Below are positions 36,117 through 49,225 of a stretch of 64,000 nucleotides of DNA, piece after piece (within the stretch, counting starts at the first letter, position 1; every line of letters begins with the position of its first letter). The notes beneath the pieces were generated by a model that made no database searches, had not been told where the DNA came from, and was given only the letters and a program-made list of their open reading frames with translations. A program made the translations under genes and the position numbers. Origin of the DNA: Phoronis australis (Eukaryota; Animalia; Phoronida); the NCBI GenBank assembly GCA_002633005.1, contig NMRA01000019.1:1003942-1067941 (forward strand). Reading direction: 5' to 3'.

Positions 36117-39100
36117 GAAAAAGCAGTGCAAATCTGGGATGTTTTCTTATATGACCGACAAATGTTTCTCAGCAAATATCTTACTGGCATTCAACCTTAC
36201 TCTGAATGTACCTACTTGACGTCACCTACCTTAACTCCAAATCTTGTTTTGACACAGAGCCGTTTATTTTGTTTCAAAGTGTAGTAGAACAGTTTACTCT
36301 TAGCTAACCACATGATTCATTGTGCATGACTGTGTTTCCATAAATTATTGGGAAATTAATAATTTCGAAAAAAGCAAATTATGACATTTTTAATAGCACA
36401 AGTTACATTGTAAAGTTAATTATCACATGCCTTGTAAGAATGGTGCAAGAATTTTTGACAAAACAGTTGCAATGGCAAGTTTATGTCTGAAGTCTTCCAA
36501 CTCACAGGTGTCTGAATTGCATCTTGAATGCAACTTTTGTGATGTATCAAATGAAATGTAAGTGTCATTTAGACTTTCATAATGATCTCATGTTTTTGTG
36601 TTCACAGTGGATGGTGCTTGTATCGACCTAACTAATGACGACTCCAGTCAGGACGCCCCGGTAGTCATAGATTTGACCTCCCCCATGAGAGTCAATGAAT
36701 TGCCAATCGTTGTAAGTCTTTCCAACACTTGTCAGAGTCTCAGTGGTTAGTTGGTGGAGTACAATATCAGCTAACTAATCTGTGCTCCACAGCTGTCCAA
36801 GAATTGTAAAATTTAGTTTGACCTGTTACGTACCACCATTATTGTGTGGTCCCCCGCTTCAGTGGCAGTGTACTACCGATACAACGGTCAACAGTGCTAG
36901 TGGTGGTCTGTACACAGTTTCAACATGTCCACAATTTGCAGTTATTCTAACTGATTAACTTGTTTAATAAAGAGCAATTAAATCTCTGTTGAAACACACA
37001 AATGAAGGTTTATTTGGCTTGGCTGTCCTTCTTCCCAGAAATATGCATTGAACCCATATTCATAATCCAGCTTTGAGAGGGTGTTGCATAATAGACTTTT
37101 CTTGTCTTTCTGGACACCGATGCAGTAATTAGATCTCAAAGTCTGCTCAGAATGTGTTTAACATTCTGAATGAGATTCTTTAAAGGTATGAAAAAGTAAG
37201 GATTTTGGTGTAAGTAAAGATATGTATGCACCAAACCATCATTATGCTTTCCTTAAAGTAACAGTGGGCTAAGCCATTTTGAAACTGTAAATAAGGTCCA
37301 GCGTGTCTGCTAAATCAGTCCTTTCCATAAAACAACAAATTAAATGGACGGTAAACTTATATTGTATCGAAGAAATTACATTTTGATTTAGACCACTCAA
37401 CGCTATGAGATTGGTCTTACTAAGATCAGATGGGAAGTAATTTTTAGTCGTCCAGGAACTAGCAGTTGGTTATGCCTCCAGACTATGCTCAGCAAAAAAA
37501 AAGTCAACTTGTAGAGCACCGTCTCAATCATAAAGAAAGGTCTGCCAGTTCTTTTCAAGCACATAATTTGCACCTATTTTGACTAAGGAACAGTGTTGAA
37601 AAACCAAAAAGTGTTAAATTGTGTTTGAAACTGATGTTGTTACAATCGCCACAAGCGCAGTGCCTCTACTGCAAATCATCAGAAATTGTGACTTAAGTTA
37701 AACAATCATGGCTAATGACTGACTTCGACTACTAACACTCCTATTTCTTTTTGGGCATATAGTCACCTACAAGAAGTTTGATGCCCGTTATTCAATGGAG
37801 AAAACTGGTTCTCAAAATATTGGACCCTGTAAGCGACAATTGCCGCTTTTTGGATGACAACGGTCAATTTCTGAGTTAGTAAAAGGACAGTATGAACTTT
37901 GTAAAAATTTTGACTTTCCTTTTAATTCAGATTATTGACTCCCTCAATGATAATGAAAATCATAATCGTAGACGTACTCGACGTTTGTCTGATGATGTTA
38001 TTGAACTGCCACCTGTACCATTCACCATCAGGGATGACAAGTAAGTCTGTCAATTCAATTCAGCTATCACAATCAGACTCCGCCCCTAGTTTATCACATT
38101 CAGACTCATCCCCTAGCTTATAACCATACTCCTGCCCCTACTTATCACAATCGTACTTTGCTCCTAGCTTTTCACAATAGTACTTTGCCTCTAGCGTATC
38201 ACAGTCAGACTCTGCCCCTAGCTTGTCACAATCTGACACCGCCCCTAGCTTGTCACAATCTAAGATTAAATATGTTTTTCCATTCTCTGAACCTGTGAAA
38301 GTCAGAGTTGACATGTAGTGTTACATGTGGCTCTAAGTTAGCCATACGCCGTCTCTAACCCAGAACAGTTGGAGATGACAAGTCAGTCTGTACTTATAGC
38401 AAAATCCAGTAACTAAGTTAGGTAGGCCTCTCCTCTAGCATATCACAATCAGAGATGGCACTGTCAGCTTATTACAAAATCAGATTACATGTTAGGCTGT
38501 GTTGTACATCCCTTTGTCAATCAATATCAGAGATGACATCTGTCAGTCCGTACCACCAGGATATCACAGTCAAAAGAGACATTCGGTTCGTCGACTTACA
38601 CTCTGTCACAGTCAGAGATTACTAGTTTGTTGGCTCCACACTCTCAGCCCGTCACACTAAATCAAGACGATCGAGTACATCAGTCTGGCCCTACCCAGAC
38701 CTAGGACCAGTGCTTCTTGTGTTTTCCTTTACTGACATGGCTGCCAGTTTACTAAGAGTGTTTAATGTGGACAATATTTAAGACGGCCTATCTGCAGTGT
38801 ATTTAGGCTTTCAAGTCCATATTGGCAGTGTTTCCATCAAGTCTTCTGGTATGATATTACTGTGGTTATGCATTTGTGTCAGTCTTACTATATGTTGTTT
38901 ATTTCAGCCCTCCGTCATCATCATCACCATTGTCTGCCAATGTCACATCACCAAAACGACCCAATATATTGTGCCCTGTCTGCCTGGATGAAGCTCATAT
39001 TGTAAGTTTAATTTTGCATGACGACACCATTATTAATTTGTTGGAGAGTGTATAATATTAACTGCGAGAGTTTGAAGACTAGTTCCATACATTTGCTCAG

Positions 39101-42100
39101 ATTCCTGATGGTAAACAAAATCAAGTGTTTGTAAAAGATGGTGCATACTTTGGTCTGCTCAATAGATTTCTGTTAATGGGTTTTGAGCAACTAAGGGAAA
39201 AGCTAATCTAATATTTTCATACGCCCATATTTACATTATGTGAGCGCATGTTGCCGCCATCTCCGTCCACAGTTCATCTGTATGACATCTGCAGCTGTAT
39301 CTAATAAATCCCTTGCAATATCCAGATTTCGCACGCGTGTTTTTGTGAAGTTGATGATAGATAAGCTTGACTTTCGGAAAAGTTCAGTTACATCTGTGCC
39401 AGCTAGTGGCAATTTTTCGCACTTGCTTTTGTGCCCGCCAAGTCCCAATGTCTCTTTACGAAACTTGGCAGATACGTATGAGTGGTTGTCACCAAACACG
39501 TTTTGAATGATTCCGTCATGCTGTGCAATCCCAGTAGAAATTTTAGTATTTCGGTGTCTGCCTCTGCCAAACAGTTTGAAAGATGTTCTTGTGATCAGAG
39601 CGATACTGACTTTGATTTTTGGATGAATCTGACCTGCTGTGCTCCTGGAGGCAGTTTAAGTGTTTAGCGCCTGCCTTAATATTTACCAATTTCTCAAAAG
39701 GATTGTCTCGTGATTGGTGCGTACATTTCTGTTAACGATGAATCTGACAACTGCTGCGTCCCATTATGGCAAATTTCCTTATCATTTGTGATGCGCACGG
39801 TTGATGCATTATATATCAATGCTCTGTTTTATTTAAAGATACTTTCTTTCTTGAGCTTTGAAATCCATTTTTTTCTGGAACAGTTACCAGTTGTAAACAT
39901 GCTCTTCGTGTAGTATNCCCCTAGTTTATCACAGCCATGCTCCACCTCTAGCTTATCACATTCTTACTCCGCCCCTAACTTATCAAAATCTAAGATTAAA
40001 TATGTTTTTCCATTCTCTGAACCTGTGAAAGTCAGAGTTGACATGTGGTGTTACATGTGGCTCTAAGTTAGCCATACGCCGTCTCTAACCCAGAACAGTT
40101 GGAGATGACAAGTCAGTCTTGGCTTACAGCAAAATCCAGTAAGTTAGGCAGGCCTCTCCTCTAGCATATCACAATCAGAGATGGCACTGTCAGCTTATTA
40201 CAAAATCAGATTACATGTTAGGCTGTGTTGTACATCCCTTTGTCAATCAATATCAGAGATGACATCTGTCGGGCCGTACCACTAGAATATCACAGTCAAA
40301 AGTGACATTCATTTCATCGACTTACACTCTGTCACAGTCAGAGATTACTAGTTTGTTGGCTCCACACTCTCAGCCCGTCACACTAAATCAAGACGATCAA
40401 GTACATCAGTCTGGCCCTACCCAGACCTACGACCAGTGCTTCTTGTGTTTTTCTTTTACTGACATGGCTGCCAGTTTACTAAGAGTGTTTAATGTGGACA
40501 ATATTTAAGACGGCCTATCTGCAGTGTATTTAGGCTTCCAAGTCCATACTGGCAGTGTTTCCATCAAGTCATCTGGTATGATATTACTGTAGTTATGCAT
40601 TTGTGTCAGTCTTGCTATATGTTGTTTATTTCAGCCCTCCGTCATCATCATCACCATTATCTGCCAATGTCACATCACCAAAACGACCCAATATATTGTG
40701 CCCTGTCTGCCTGGATGAAGCTCATATTGTAAGTTTAATTTTGCATGACGACACCATTATTAATGTGTTGGAGAGTGTATGATGTTAACTGCGAGAGTTT
40801 GAAGACTAGTTCCATACATTTGCTCAGATTCCTGATGGTAAACAAAATCAAGTGTTTGTAAAAGATGGTGCATACTTTGGTCTGCTCAATAGATTTCTGT
40901 AAATGGGTTTTGAGTAACTAAGGGAAAAGCTAATCTAATATTTTCATACGCCCATATTTACATTATGTGAGCGCATGTTGCCGCCATCTCCGTCCAAAGT
41001 TCATCTGTATGACATCTGCAGCTGTATCTAATAAATCCCTTGCAATATCTCCAGATTTCGCAAGCGTGTTTTTGTGAAGTTGATGATAGATAAGCTTGAC
41101 TTTCGGAAAAGTTCAGTTACATCTGTGCCAGCTAGTGGCAATTTTTCGCACTTGCTTTTGTACCCGCCAAGTCCCAATGTCTCTTTACGAAACTTGGCAG
41201 ATACGTATGAGGGGTTGTCACCAAACACGTTTTGGATGATTCCGTCATGCTGTGCAATCCCAGTAGAAATTTTAGTATTTCGGTGTCTGTTTTTTTTACA
41301 TCTGCCTCTGCCAAACTGTTTGAAAGATGTTCTTGTGATCAGAGCGATACTGACGTTGATTTTTGGATGAATCTGACCTGCTGTGCTCCTGCAGGCAGTT
41401 TAAGTGTTTAGCACCTGCCTTAATATTTACCAATTTCTTAAAAGGATTGTCTCGTGATTGGTGCGTACATTTCTGTTAACGATGAATCTGACAACTGCTG
41501 CGTCCCATTATGGCAAATTTCCTTATCATTTGTGATGCGCACGGTTGATGCATTATATATCAATGCTCTGTTTTATTTAAAGATACTTTCTTTCTTGAGC
41601 TTTTAAATCCATTTTTTTCTGGAACAGTTACCAGTTGTAAACATGCTCTTCGTGTAGTATAAAAATTTGTTGGGCAAGAGTCCCTTGCAGGGGTCCCTTG
41701 CAAGAATCACTTGCAGGGGTCCCAGATTTTCAGAACCAGTTTGATACCTATTATTGAGCGCTGTGTGTTAACACCCTTTGAGAACCAATTTTCTGCGCTC
41801 AATAATAGCTATCAAACTGGTTCTGAAATTCTGGGACCCCTGTAAAGTGACTTTTACCATTTTTTGCTCGCCGAAGTTGTCATTTGTGGCGTTTGTTGTG
41901 TATCTTGTATTTCTTCAATGAATATTTTGCCATGCCGTGATTATGTTTGGTTTCCTGCAGATAAAACGTTCAGGAAGGAAGATAATGTCGACGGTGTGCG
42001 GCCATATTTTCTGCTCTACGTGTATAGAAGGAGCCATATCGATACAGAAAAAATGTCCTAACTGCAGGAAAAACATAACCATGGCCAAAGTTCACGAGAT

Positions 42101-42110
42101 CTTCATATGA
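34848..42110 (+). CDS. RNF4: RNF4-like SUMO-targeted E3 ubiquitin ligase (~182 aa; exons ATG 34848-34850 [tentative], 35840-35927, 36608-36711, 37931-38040, 38908-39001 or its copy 40635-40728, 41961-42110)
   Basis: Spliced product has a basic N-terminus (TRSRDRASRQRRRH), SUMO-interacting motifs (CIDLT, VVIDLT, IVIID, DVIEL) and a C-terminal C3HC4 RING CPVC...STVCGHIFCSTC...CPNCRK ending VHEIFI*, matching RNF4 architecture; intron phases 0,1,0,2,0 are consistent. Duplicate 5' exons at 32789-32791 and 33784-33871. Confidence 0.9.
38065..38261. repeat. Minisatellite, ~27-bp unit TATCACAATCAGACTCCGCCCCTAGCT x~7
   Basis: Degenerate head-to-tail units just after the RNF4 donor at 38041; variant units recur at 39918-39990. 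Confidence 0.85.
38083..41660. repeat. Tandem block duplication A ~38083-39916 / B 39918-41660 across 'n' at 39917 (probable two alleles)
   Basis: Near-identical ~1.75 kb; both carry the 94-nt RNF4 CPVC exon with a synonymous TTG/TTA difference. Confidence 0.92.
41714..41842. mobile_element. 129-bp hairpin MITE (CAGGGG...CCCCTG, Tc1/mariner-like ends) in last RNF4 intron
   Basis: 48-bp arms CAGGGGTCCCAGATTTTCAGAACCAGTTTGATACCTATTATTGAGCGC vs reverse complement at 41795-41842 (2 mismatches); TA on the right flank; decayed relatives near 37774 and 47731. Confidence 0.85.
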
Positions 42111-42556
42111 GTAATTGTTGGCTTTATTGTTGATTTGTGCTTGCTTTTGATCAAGAGTGAACTCTGCTGTTATCGCTGGACGTTACTCCATTACAGGGAA
42201 GTCGGTTTAAGCAATGTGTGCTTGGGTTCAATTTTCCCATGTAGGTATATCTACGTAGTGGAACTTGCTGACAATTGGTTGTGTTACCCGTGGCAACAGA
42301 ACATGTTGTATACATGTGTCAAAAAGATTTAATAATTGCTATTAACATGTTTGATTTATTAAATAGGGTAGGTTTAAATGGTTTTCGTTATATTTTGACT
42401 GCTTTGTTTGATTTTGAGGAGTCTGGATGAGATTCACATGTATTATACAGAAATTTTTACGGGTGTTTTTAACACTGGAATTTTCATAGTACATAAACTG
42501 ACAAGAGAATTTACGTCATGTCAATTGGAGATGAAGTGAGCCACATTATTTATTAA

Positions 42557-43250
42557 GGTAGGTGTATACACTGGTCAAATCTCCAGGTTCCTAACTAAAC
42601 TGAGTAAAAAGGGAGTTTTAACTAGTTAGACATGACTGAAAGTGACAAAAATCGAAAAAAAATTTTTTTGTAGTTTGTTTTTTTAAAAAATCATATTTTT
42701 TAATTTTCAAAAAATCCAATCTTACCTCGATTTTTTTTCAAAATCCACAGGGATTATCATCAACTGTTTCCTTACGCAATATTCTACATATACATATCAA
42801 ATATATGTACAAAATCATTATGATCTTGATTTTGCGGCATTTTTTGAGTGTGAGTTGGGGCAAGCACGCCACTTTTTGTCATTTGGTCACTTTCCATCTA
42901 ATATCTAAAAATCTGGTCCATATATCAAAAAACCCTGGCACAAGATTTTACTTCAGTCCTAGAGGATTTCAAATTTGCAAATTTCGTAAAAATTGACCTA
43001 CGTGTTGCAGAAAAATAGGCCCGAGAATCTTGTCACCATCCTGAAATCACGAGCCAAGAAAAACGGCTTTGAAGTTAAGCGGTCATCGATTGCCACTTGA
43101 GATCAAATTTCGTTCAGAATGCGTGGTCATTATGTTCCAATTTTTGTTGAAGTACTAGAAATAAAGCAGATATTTACTTCATGTTTAGAAAATGTGACAT
43201 ACCTGTTTGTCTACAGCGTAATTTTAAATCATTTTTTCAAACTTGTGAAG
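42557..43250. mobile_element. Possible truncated DNA-transposon relic (Kolobok-like start TTAA|GGTAGG)
   Basis: Begins after TTAA with GG; compositionally distinct A/T-run-rich segment; matching right TIR not found, right boundary approximate. Confidence 0.25.
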
Positions 43251-45344
43251 CACGACAGACGACCAAAACAAATATGGTTGTCACGTGGGCAGAGCTTAGC
43301 ATTTATCTGTTGTCTGCTGTACTGACCACCGATTAAAACCATGTGTTGATTGTTTATACGATTCATCTGAACTCTCCACTCAGTGTAGTAAAAGACTCTC
43401 TAACTATATTACACAGACCTATTTGTTAGTATTCCAATATTATCATCAACCAATATATGTGTTATATCAAATCGCCGCGTTACTGTCTACATAACAATAT
43501 TGGCGATATCATCCATGGCAACACTATAATTGTGTTAGCACCTGTATGTTCATGCAATAGCTATGCCATGTGCTGATGCAGTAGTTTTGTCCTAGGGTAT
43601 TTCTATTGCATCACACCGTGAGCTGATTTTCGTTCCTTGAAAGGATTTGTTATCCAAAAGAGCCAATGTTTAACTGTTGTATCATCGTTTCACAACTGGT
43701 CATATTCTCGTTGAGAAACAATTTCCGAATAGTATATGGTTTTCTCACTTCATTGGTGTAGAATAGTGGCACTGATTTTTCCCTCTTCCATTCTCTACCA
43801 ACTTGTCACCGTGTACTTGATCAAAAGTCTAGCTGCAACATGCATGGTCGCCGGGAGCCAAGGCATCTTGGCTTATGACTGCTCCAACTCCAATAACTTA
43901 TCTGGTAAAAAGACCATGTTCCAAATGTGAGTTCTGCACCTATTTAACCTAAGATTTTGCAATAGGTGGCATTGCTTTAGATCACAAGGAGAGTGGGATG
44001 CAGCGCCTCCTGGAGACCAGTTGACCTAACTAACGATTTCTATGCAGTCTTGAAGTGACTGTTCCAACAGATTGCAATATCAAGAGACAGAATGTGGAAA
44101 GGGATAAAGCTGCATTTAGCCCTATTTAGCTGTTAATTTTGAATTCTTAACCAAAATTGATCTGTGTTTAAAAACATCACACTCTTCAGACAATTGTTGC
44201 TGAATGAGTTAGCAACTCAAGTCACAGGCAATGCGTACTTGCGCCATTTTCGAAGTTTTAGAATTGGCCTTCCCCATTTAAGTCTGATATGTTTTCTTTC
44301 TGTAGTCGCTTGATACAACAACACCAATAGTCGAACTGCAGTATTGATGCACAAACTTTCGAGGCGAGAATGGTAGCGAGATGTATACCGTCTCATGTTT
44401 TTTTGTGATGGTATGTTGAAGATTTACATCATTATTGGTGCAATTGTTTCTTTAACCGGTACTTTTTGAATTTGATCCATAAGTCTGATTTTGATGTGAT
44501 GGCATCGCTGAGATAGCTAAATACTGCAAATATTAACAAAGGTCAGAATGTTTCATGAATTTCAAAGTGGTTTCTTTTCAGTTCTCACAAATGGTGGGGC
44601 ATCAATCAACAACATAACTGTCTAGGTTATGTTTATTGCAAGAGTAAATGAAATGAATAGTACTCGAGCCATGACAAGGTCAACGCCACTAAGTCAAAGT
44701 CACCATCAACTACACCATGTTCAAAGACAATACCGAAGTTCTAGAACATATTAAAATTCGATAAGACTCCGAATTACTTATGCAGTAATGTGATGGTCTC
44801 AATATTCTAATCATCCACTTCAATTACCAGTGAGCGTATAGCCAACTTGCACAGATTTTACACAGAATTTGAAAACTCAAATCTTAGGAATATACAGCCC
44901 TGGTTGATTAACACAATGTGGTGCATTGACCAGTTTGATTTCCTACCCTATATCCACCACCAGTTTTAATTCACAACCATTCAAGAATAAATACAGATAT
45001 AACCAGGACAGCAACCTGCAGGATCACAAGAAAGTATTACATAGCGAAGTCTGGATTTGTGCCCACAAATAAGCATGCACAAAGCTATAAGGTTAACAAC
45101 TATTGTGAAGGTTGGATTGCAAAAATAATGGCATGGTTACGGCATGTCAACATTGCTAAAAACGAAAGGCAACAAGTCATGTGACAGAATATAATTTTCG
45201 TTAACCAGTGGCACTTGTATGCATCCTGGCTAAAACTATAACACAGACTGAAAATGACATGGCAAAATGACATGGCAAAACGACATGGCAAAATGGTCGA
45301 AGCGAAGCAGCAGATGAATGTATCCATGCTCTTGAAACAAAATG

Positions 45345-46544
45345 TATGGGCAGCGAAAAGGTTCAAAATAGACAACACTGCCAAATAAACAAGTTAGTTT
45401 TCAAACAGACAGGTTATTTGGTTCAGTTTTGGCAAACAGACAGGTTATTTGGTTAAATTTCTACAAACAGACAGGTTATTTGGTTAAATTTCTACAAACA
45501 GACAGGTTATTTGGTTAAATTTCGACAAACAGACAGGTTATTTAGCGAACGAACAAGTTAGTTGCGCCGAACAGACAGGTTACTCGGGCCGAACGAACAG
45601 GTTACTTGTCGAACGAACAGGTCACTTCTACCAAACAGACAGGTTAGTCATCGAATGAACATGTTGGTCTTGCCAAACAGACGTAGTAGTCGAACAGACA
45701 GGACAGATGGCGCTGTTCCAACTCAAGAAATACGGTTGACGTCACGAAGTCATGAGCCCCGCAATGAGCACAAAAATTCCAAAAAGTTGTTATTGGTGAT
45801 CTGTTGCAGTGAAGACTGAAATTCGTTCATAGGACTGTTCTCAATTTGTTATGTCATCGACCATTCTTAAATAAATTTATGGAATCGTGATGCGTTTGCT
45901 TGTTTAAACCAAGCTGCTGATTAAAAGTAAATGGTAGATTGAACTGTTTCACGACCACGTACACAAACAGGTATTCAAAGCTTTTTTAGGCCACCCCGCC
46001 AATTAATCGTTATTCCATAATTTGAAGTCAAACCGTTAATATTATGACCTGCAATCATGTGTGATCAGGTTTGTTATTTTGTGATCACCTTTCAGCTACA
46101 GCTTCAAAACGTCCAATGGCGCAAAGCCGCAGCATGCAGTTTTTGTCTCATCCCAAAATAAAAATACCATAATGCAGGTTCGGGGATCAGTCAGATTGAG
46201 ACTCCGTGACGTCATTCGTTTTCAAGTAGCGCCCTCTGTTCATTTGCCGTGCTTGTCTTGTTCGTTTAACAAATGACTTGTCTGTTCGACAAGTTGAGCC
46301 TACCAGGTTACTTGTCTGTTTGGTAACCTACTTAATCATTTGCCAACTTACTTGTTCGTTCAACAGTAGGCACTTGTTTATCCGACAGAATCTGCAAAGT
46401 TGTCTTGTCTGTTTGGAAAACCATAGCATTCTTGACCTGTTTATTTGACGAATCACTTGTCTGTTTAGCAAACCACTTGTCTGTTTGTCAAACCACTTGT
46501 TTATTTGGCAGTGTTGTCTATTTTGAACCTTTTCGCTGCCCATA
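45345..46544. mobile_element. Non-autonomous IS3EU-like DNA transposon, 1200 bp
   Basis: Perfect 50-bp TIRs TATGGGCAGCGAAAAGGTTCAAAATAGACAACACTGCCAAATAAACAAGT (45345-45394 / 46495-46544); 6-bp TSD AAAATG (45339-45344, 46545-46550); subterminal AAACAGACAGGT arrays in inverted orientation including a 31-bp tandem. TAY..RTA ends with 6-bp TSD fit IS3EU. Confidence 0.9.
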
Positions 46545-49225
46545 AAAATGGCTCACATGAAAAGAAGACCTGGGTCCGGGGACTAATTTCCGAAATTATT
46601 AATGTTTTACTTAGAGTACAAACTTGGGAAAAGTGTTCGCGACACTGTGCTCAAGTCATGAGTTACACAGATGGGTTTCTGGTCTTTGATCACACTAACA
46701 ACTCTCCATTTATTCAGAGGACTGTCTCTTCCTTAGCATCGCCATGTGAATATGAGTTGCCCACGGCAACCAATTTAAGCAAAGTAGAGTTCATTGGTTG
46801 TCCCGAAGCTGTCACCAGCTGTCACCTTCATCAAAATGCACTTGCCAAATTTAACAAAGATCTTGCAAAGGGTTTAGGAGATACTGCCACTAGGAGGAGC
46901 CACTGTAGTGGGAGCCATCCAGAAATCATTGTCAGCAGTCCTCTTTCTAATAGGAACATGTACATCGATTTTCATAATCACCCTTACAGTGGTTTGGCCT
47001 GTAAAGGGGCAGACAGCAATAACAGATTTGAAAAACAGTAAAAATGGCCACTGGGTGGCGCAAAATATGTCAAATCCATTAAAAAAAGTAAAGGTGGCGT
47101 CATCCTCCCAATAGATCCCTATTTGCCAAATTTCATGAATATCCGTTTACTTACAGAACACCAAAGATACAAAGGCAAACGTAAAAAAATAAAATTGCCA
47201 CTAGGGGACACACCGGTAGTCGGATCTGTGCGAAAAATCACTCCTGCCATCCCATCCACAATGGGAACACACCTGCAAAATTTCATAAGGTGTTTTGGGA
47301 ATACAGCAGCGGACGCTGGATGTAGAGATGACAGCATAAAGCACCCACATATAGATATATTTATACGTGGGTACATGAAAATGATTGACTACACACTTTA
47401 TCAATCCCTACCTAACTACTCCAAGCTTAACACACTCAATTAAAAGCAAAATACGTGAACAATGATGGTGTTGAGATTACACTGACCCCGAACACTACTC
47501 ATTTAAGTCACAACTAACGGTAATGTATGTACTCCAACTCAACTGCACTGGTCATAAAAAATCAAGCTGACCAGAGGGTCACTGAGTGGCCACCACTTCT
47601 GGTACACAAAAGATGCCCTGAGCAAGACGCATCTAACCATCTAACTGAACTTACTAGGAATTGAGCACATTAAGGTACATCATTGTCCCCAAATATGGGA
47701 AGTCGGTCTGATATAATGTGCCTAAATTATGAGAACCAGTTTGATGCCTGTTATTCAGTGGGGGGTGGTTCTCAAAATTTGGGCATGTTATATCAGACCA
47801 TTCCCCAATTCTGTAGACACTTCAAAAACATTAGCATGTTCATCACCAACAATAAAACTAATCTCCACTACAGAAAATTCAAACTCACCAAGACTTACAA
47901 AAATTTATGAACGTGTTCAAATGTCCATGTTGATTGTTCATACCATGGAGATTTTGTTTGCAAGTACTTGGGAGAATAGCACTGAACTGGTGTCTTAACT
48001 TCCAAGACGTCCAGTTTACCTGCACAAATGACTAATCTACTAACTGTACAGTTCCATCTCGCTGCACTGCAATATGCTCATTATGGCAAAATTCAAACTT
48101 GCTATGGCAACGAGTTAAAACAGATTGTAGAGAGCACTAATTATAATAAAATGAAATCGTATCTCTAAAGGATTAGAACTTTTAATTAAAAGAATTTAAT
48201 CTCACAAGTATGTTTTGCTTTTAACTTTTGAAACTTGAAGTGAAACCAAGAATTTTAATTTCAACTTCTAAAAAAGTTTTTATAGGTTTAAAAGAAGCAA
48301 ATTAATGCAAGCATTTTCGAGCTTACCGTTTCACAATGTACAGAAAAAATCAGCAAAACCACAGACAATTTGCTGCGACCTTAGCACGTTCTAAATTAGA
48401 ACCCATGACTTTCACACTAGCCCACTAATAACAGGAAATGTGCCAGTGTTTGAGAATGGACAAGTCCGCTTAATAACTTAAATGCAGCAACTAAATGTCA
48501 CAACTTACACTATTGTATAACATATGTTCACTTCATGACCAGCAAAGCAGATAACATGAGATAGAAATTGAATTGGAGTACACACAAACGAATTACACAT
48601 AAAATAACCATAAACTCTTGTAATAAAATAACAATTTCTGTTGGGCATAACGACGCAGTCAAAACACCAGATACCTTTCAGAACTACGAATTACTTTTCC
48701 ACATACTATTAAAGGTGCATTTCGACCTGATTAGCTGGCACAAATGGCACTTATACACATTGCCTGTGACTTGAGTCGCCAGCTTATTCGGCAATAATTC
48801 AAGATCAGATGAGCATGGTAATGTTCTTGAGCACCAAAGCGCTTTGAATAAGAATTCCACATCGACAACTAAACAGAGCGAAATGCAGTTTTAAATAATG
48901 CTAACTTAGTAAAAGAATTCTTCAGTGCAAACAAAAATGGTATCTGTTATGTGAAGACCTTTTTTACGTTTCTCATGCCCAACACAATTCAAATAAAACT
49001 TCAATGTCCTTTTCTTTAAATGGGCCAAAACAACTTTACACCGTCTTCGGCAACTTCATTTTTTTTATTTATCAACAATCTTAAAATAAATTTTCAGTAT
49101 TCTTGTTACATAACAGGAGGAAAAACTCTTACATTTTTAGCACAATTTCTTATGCAGGGACATTTGAGGTTCTATATTTTCCTGTGCGTATCTGAACAAC
49201 CCTTCAAGACTGTATTTCATTATTG

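Noticed and set aside
38908-40728. Two RNF4 CPVC exons as a double-RING or alternative exon
   Set aside because: Identical peptide, 94-nt length would frameshift, junction is an n; allelic artefact is more likely.
46874-46998. Possible alternative last exon of mitoferrin (acceptor TTTACAG, phase compatible)
   Set aside because: Peptide has no carrier similarity and would truncate the protein; no support without transcripts.
46505-47443. 178-aa and 106-aa plus-strand ORFs as a transposase for the adjacent element
   Set aside because: The first begins inside the TIR and runs outside the element; no DDE or other recognisable motif.
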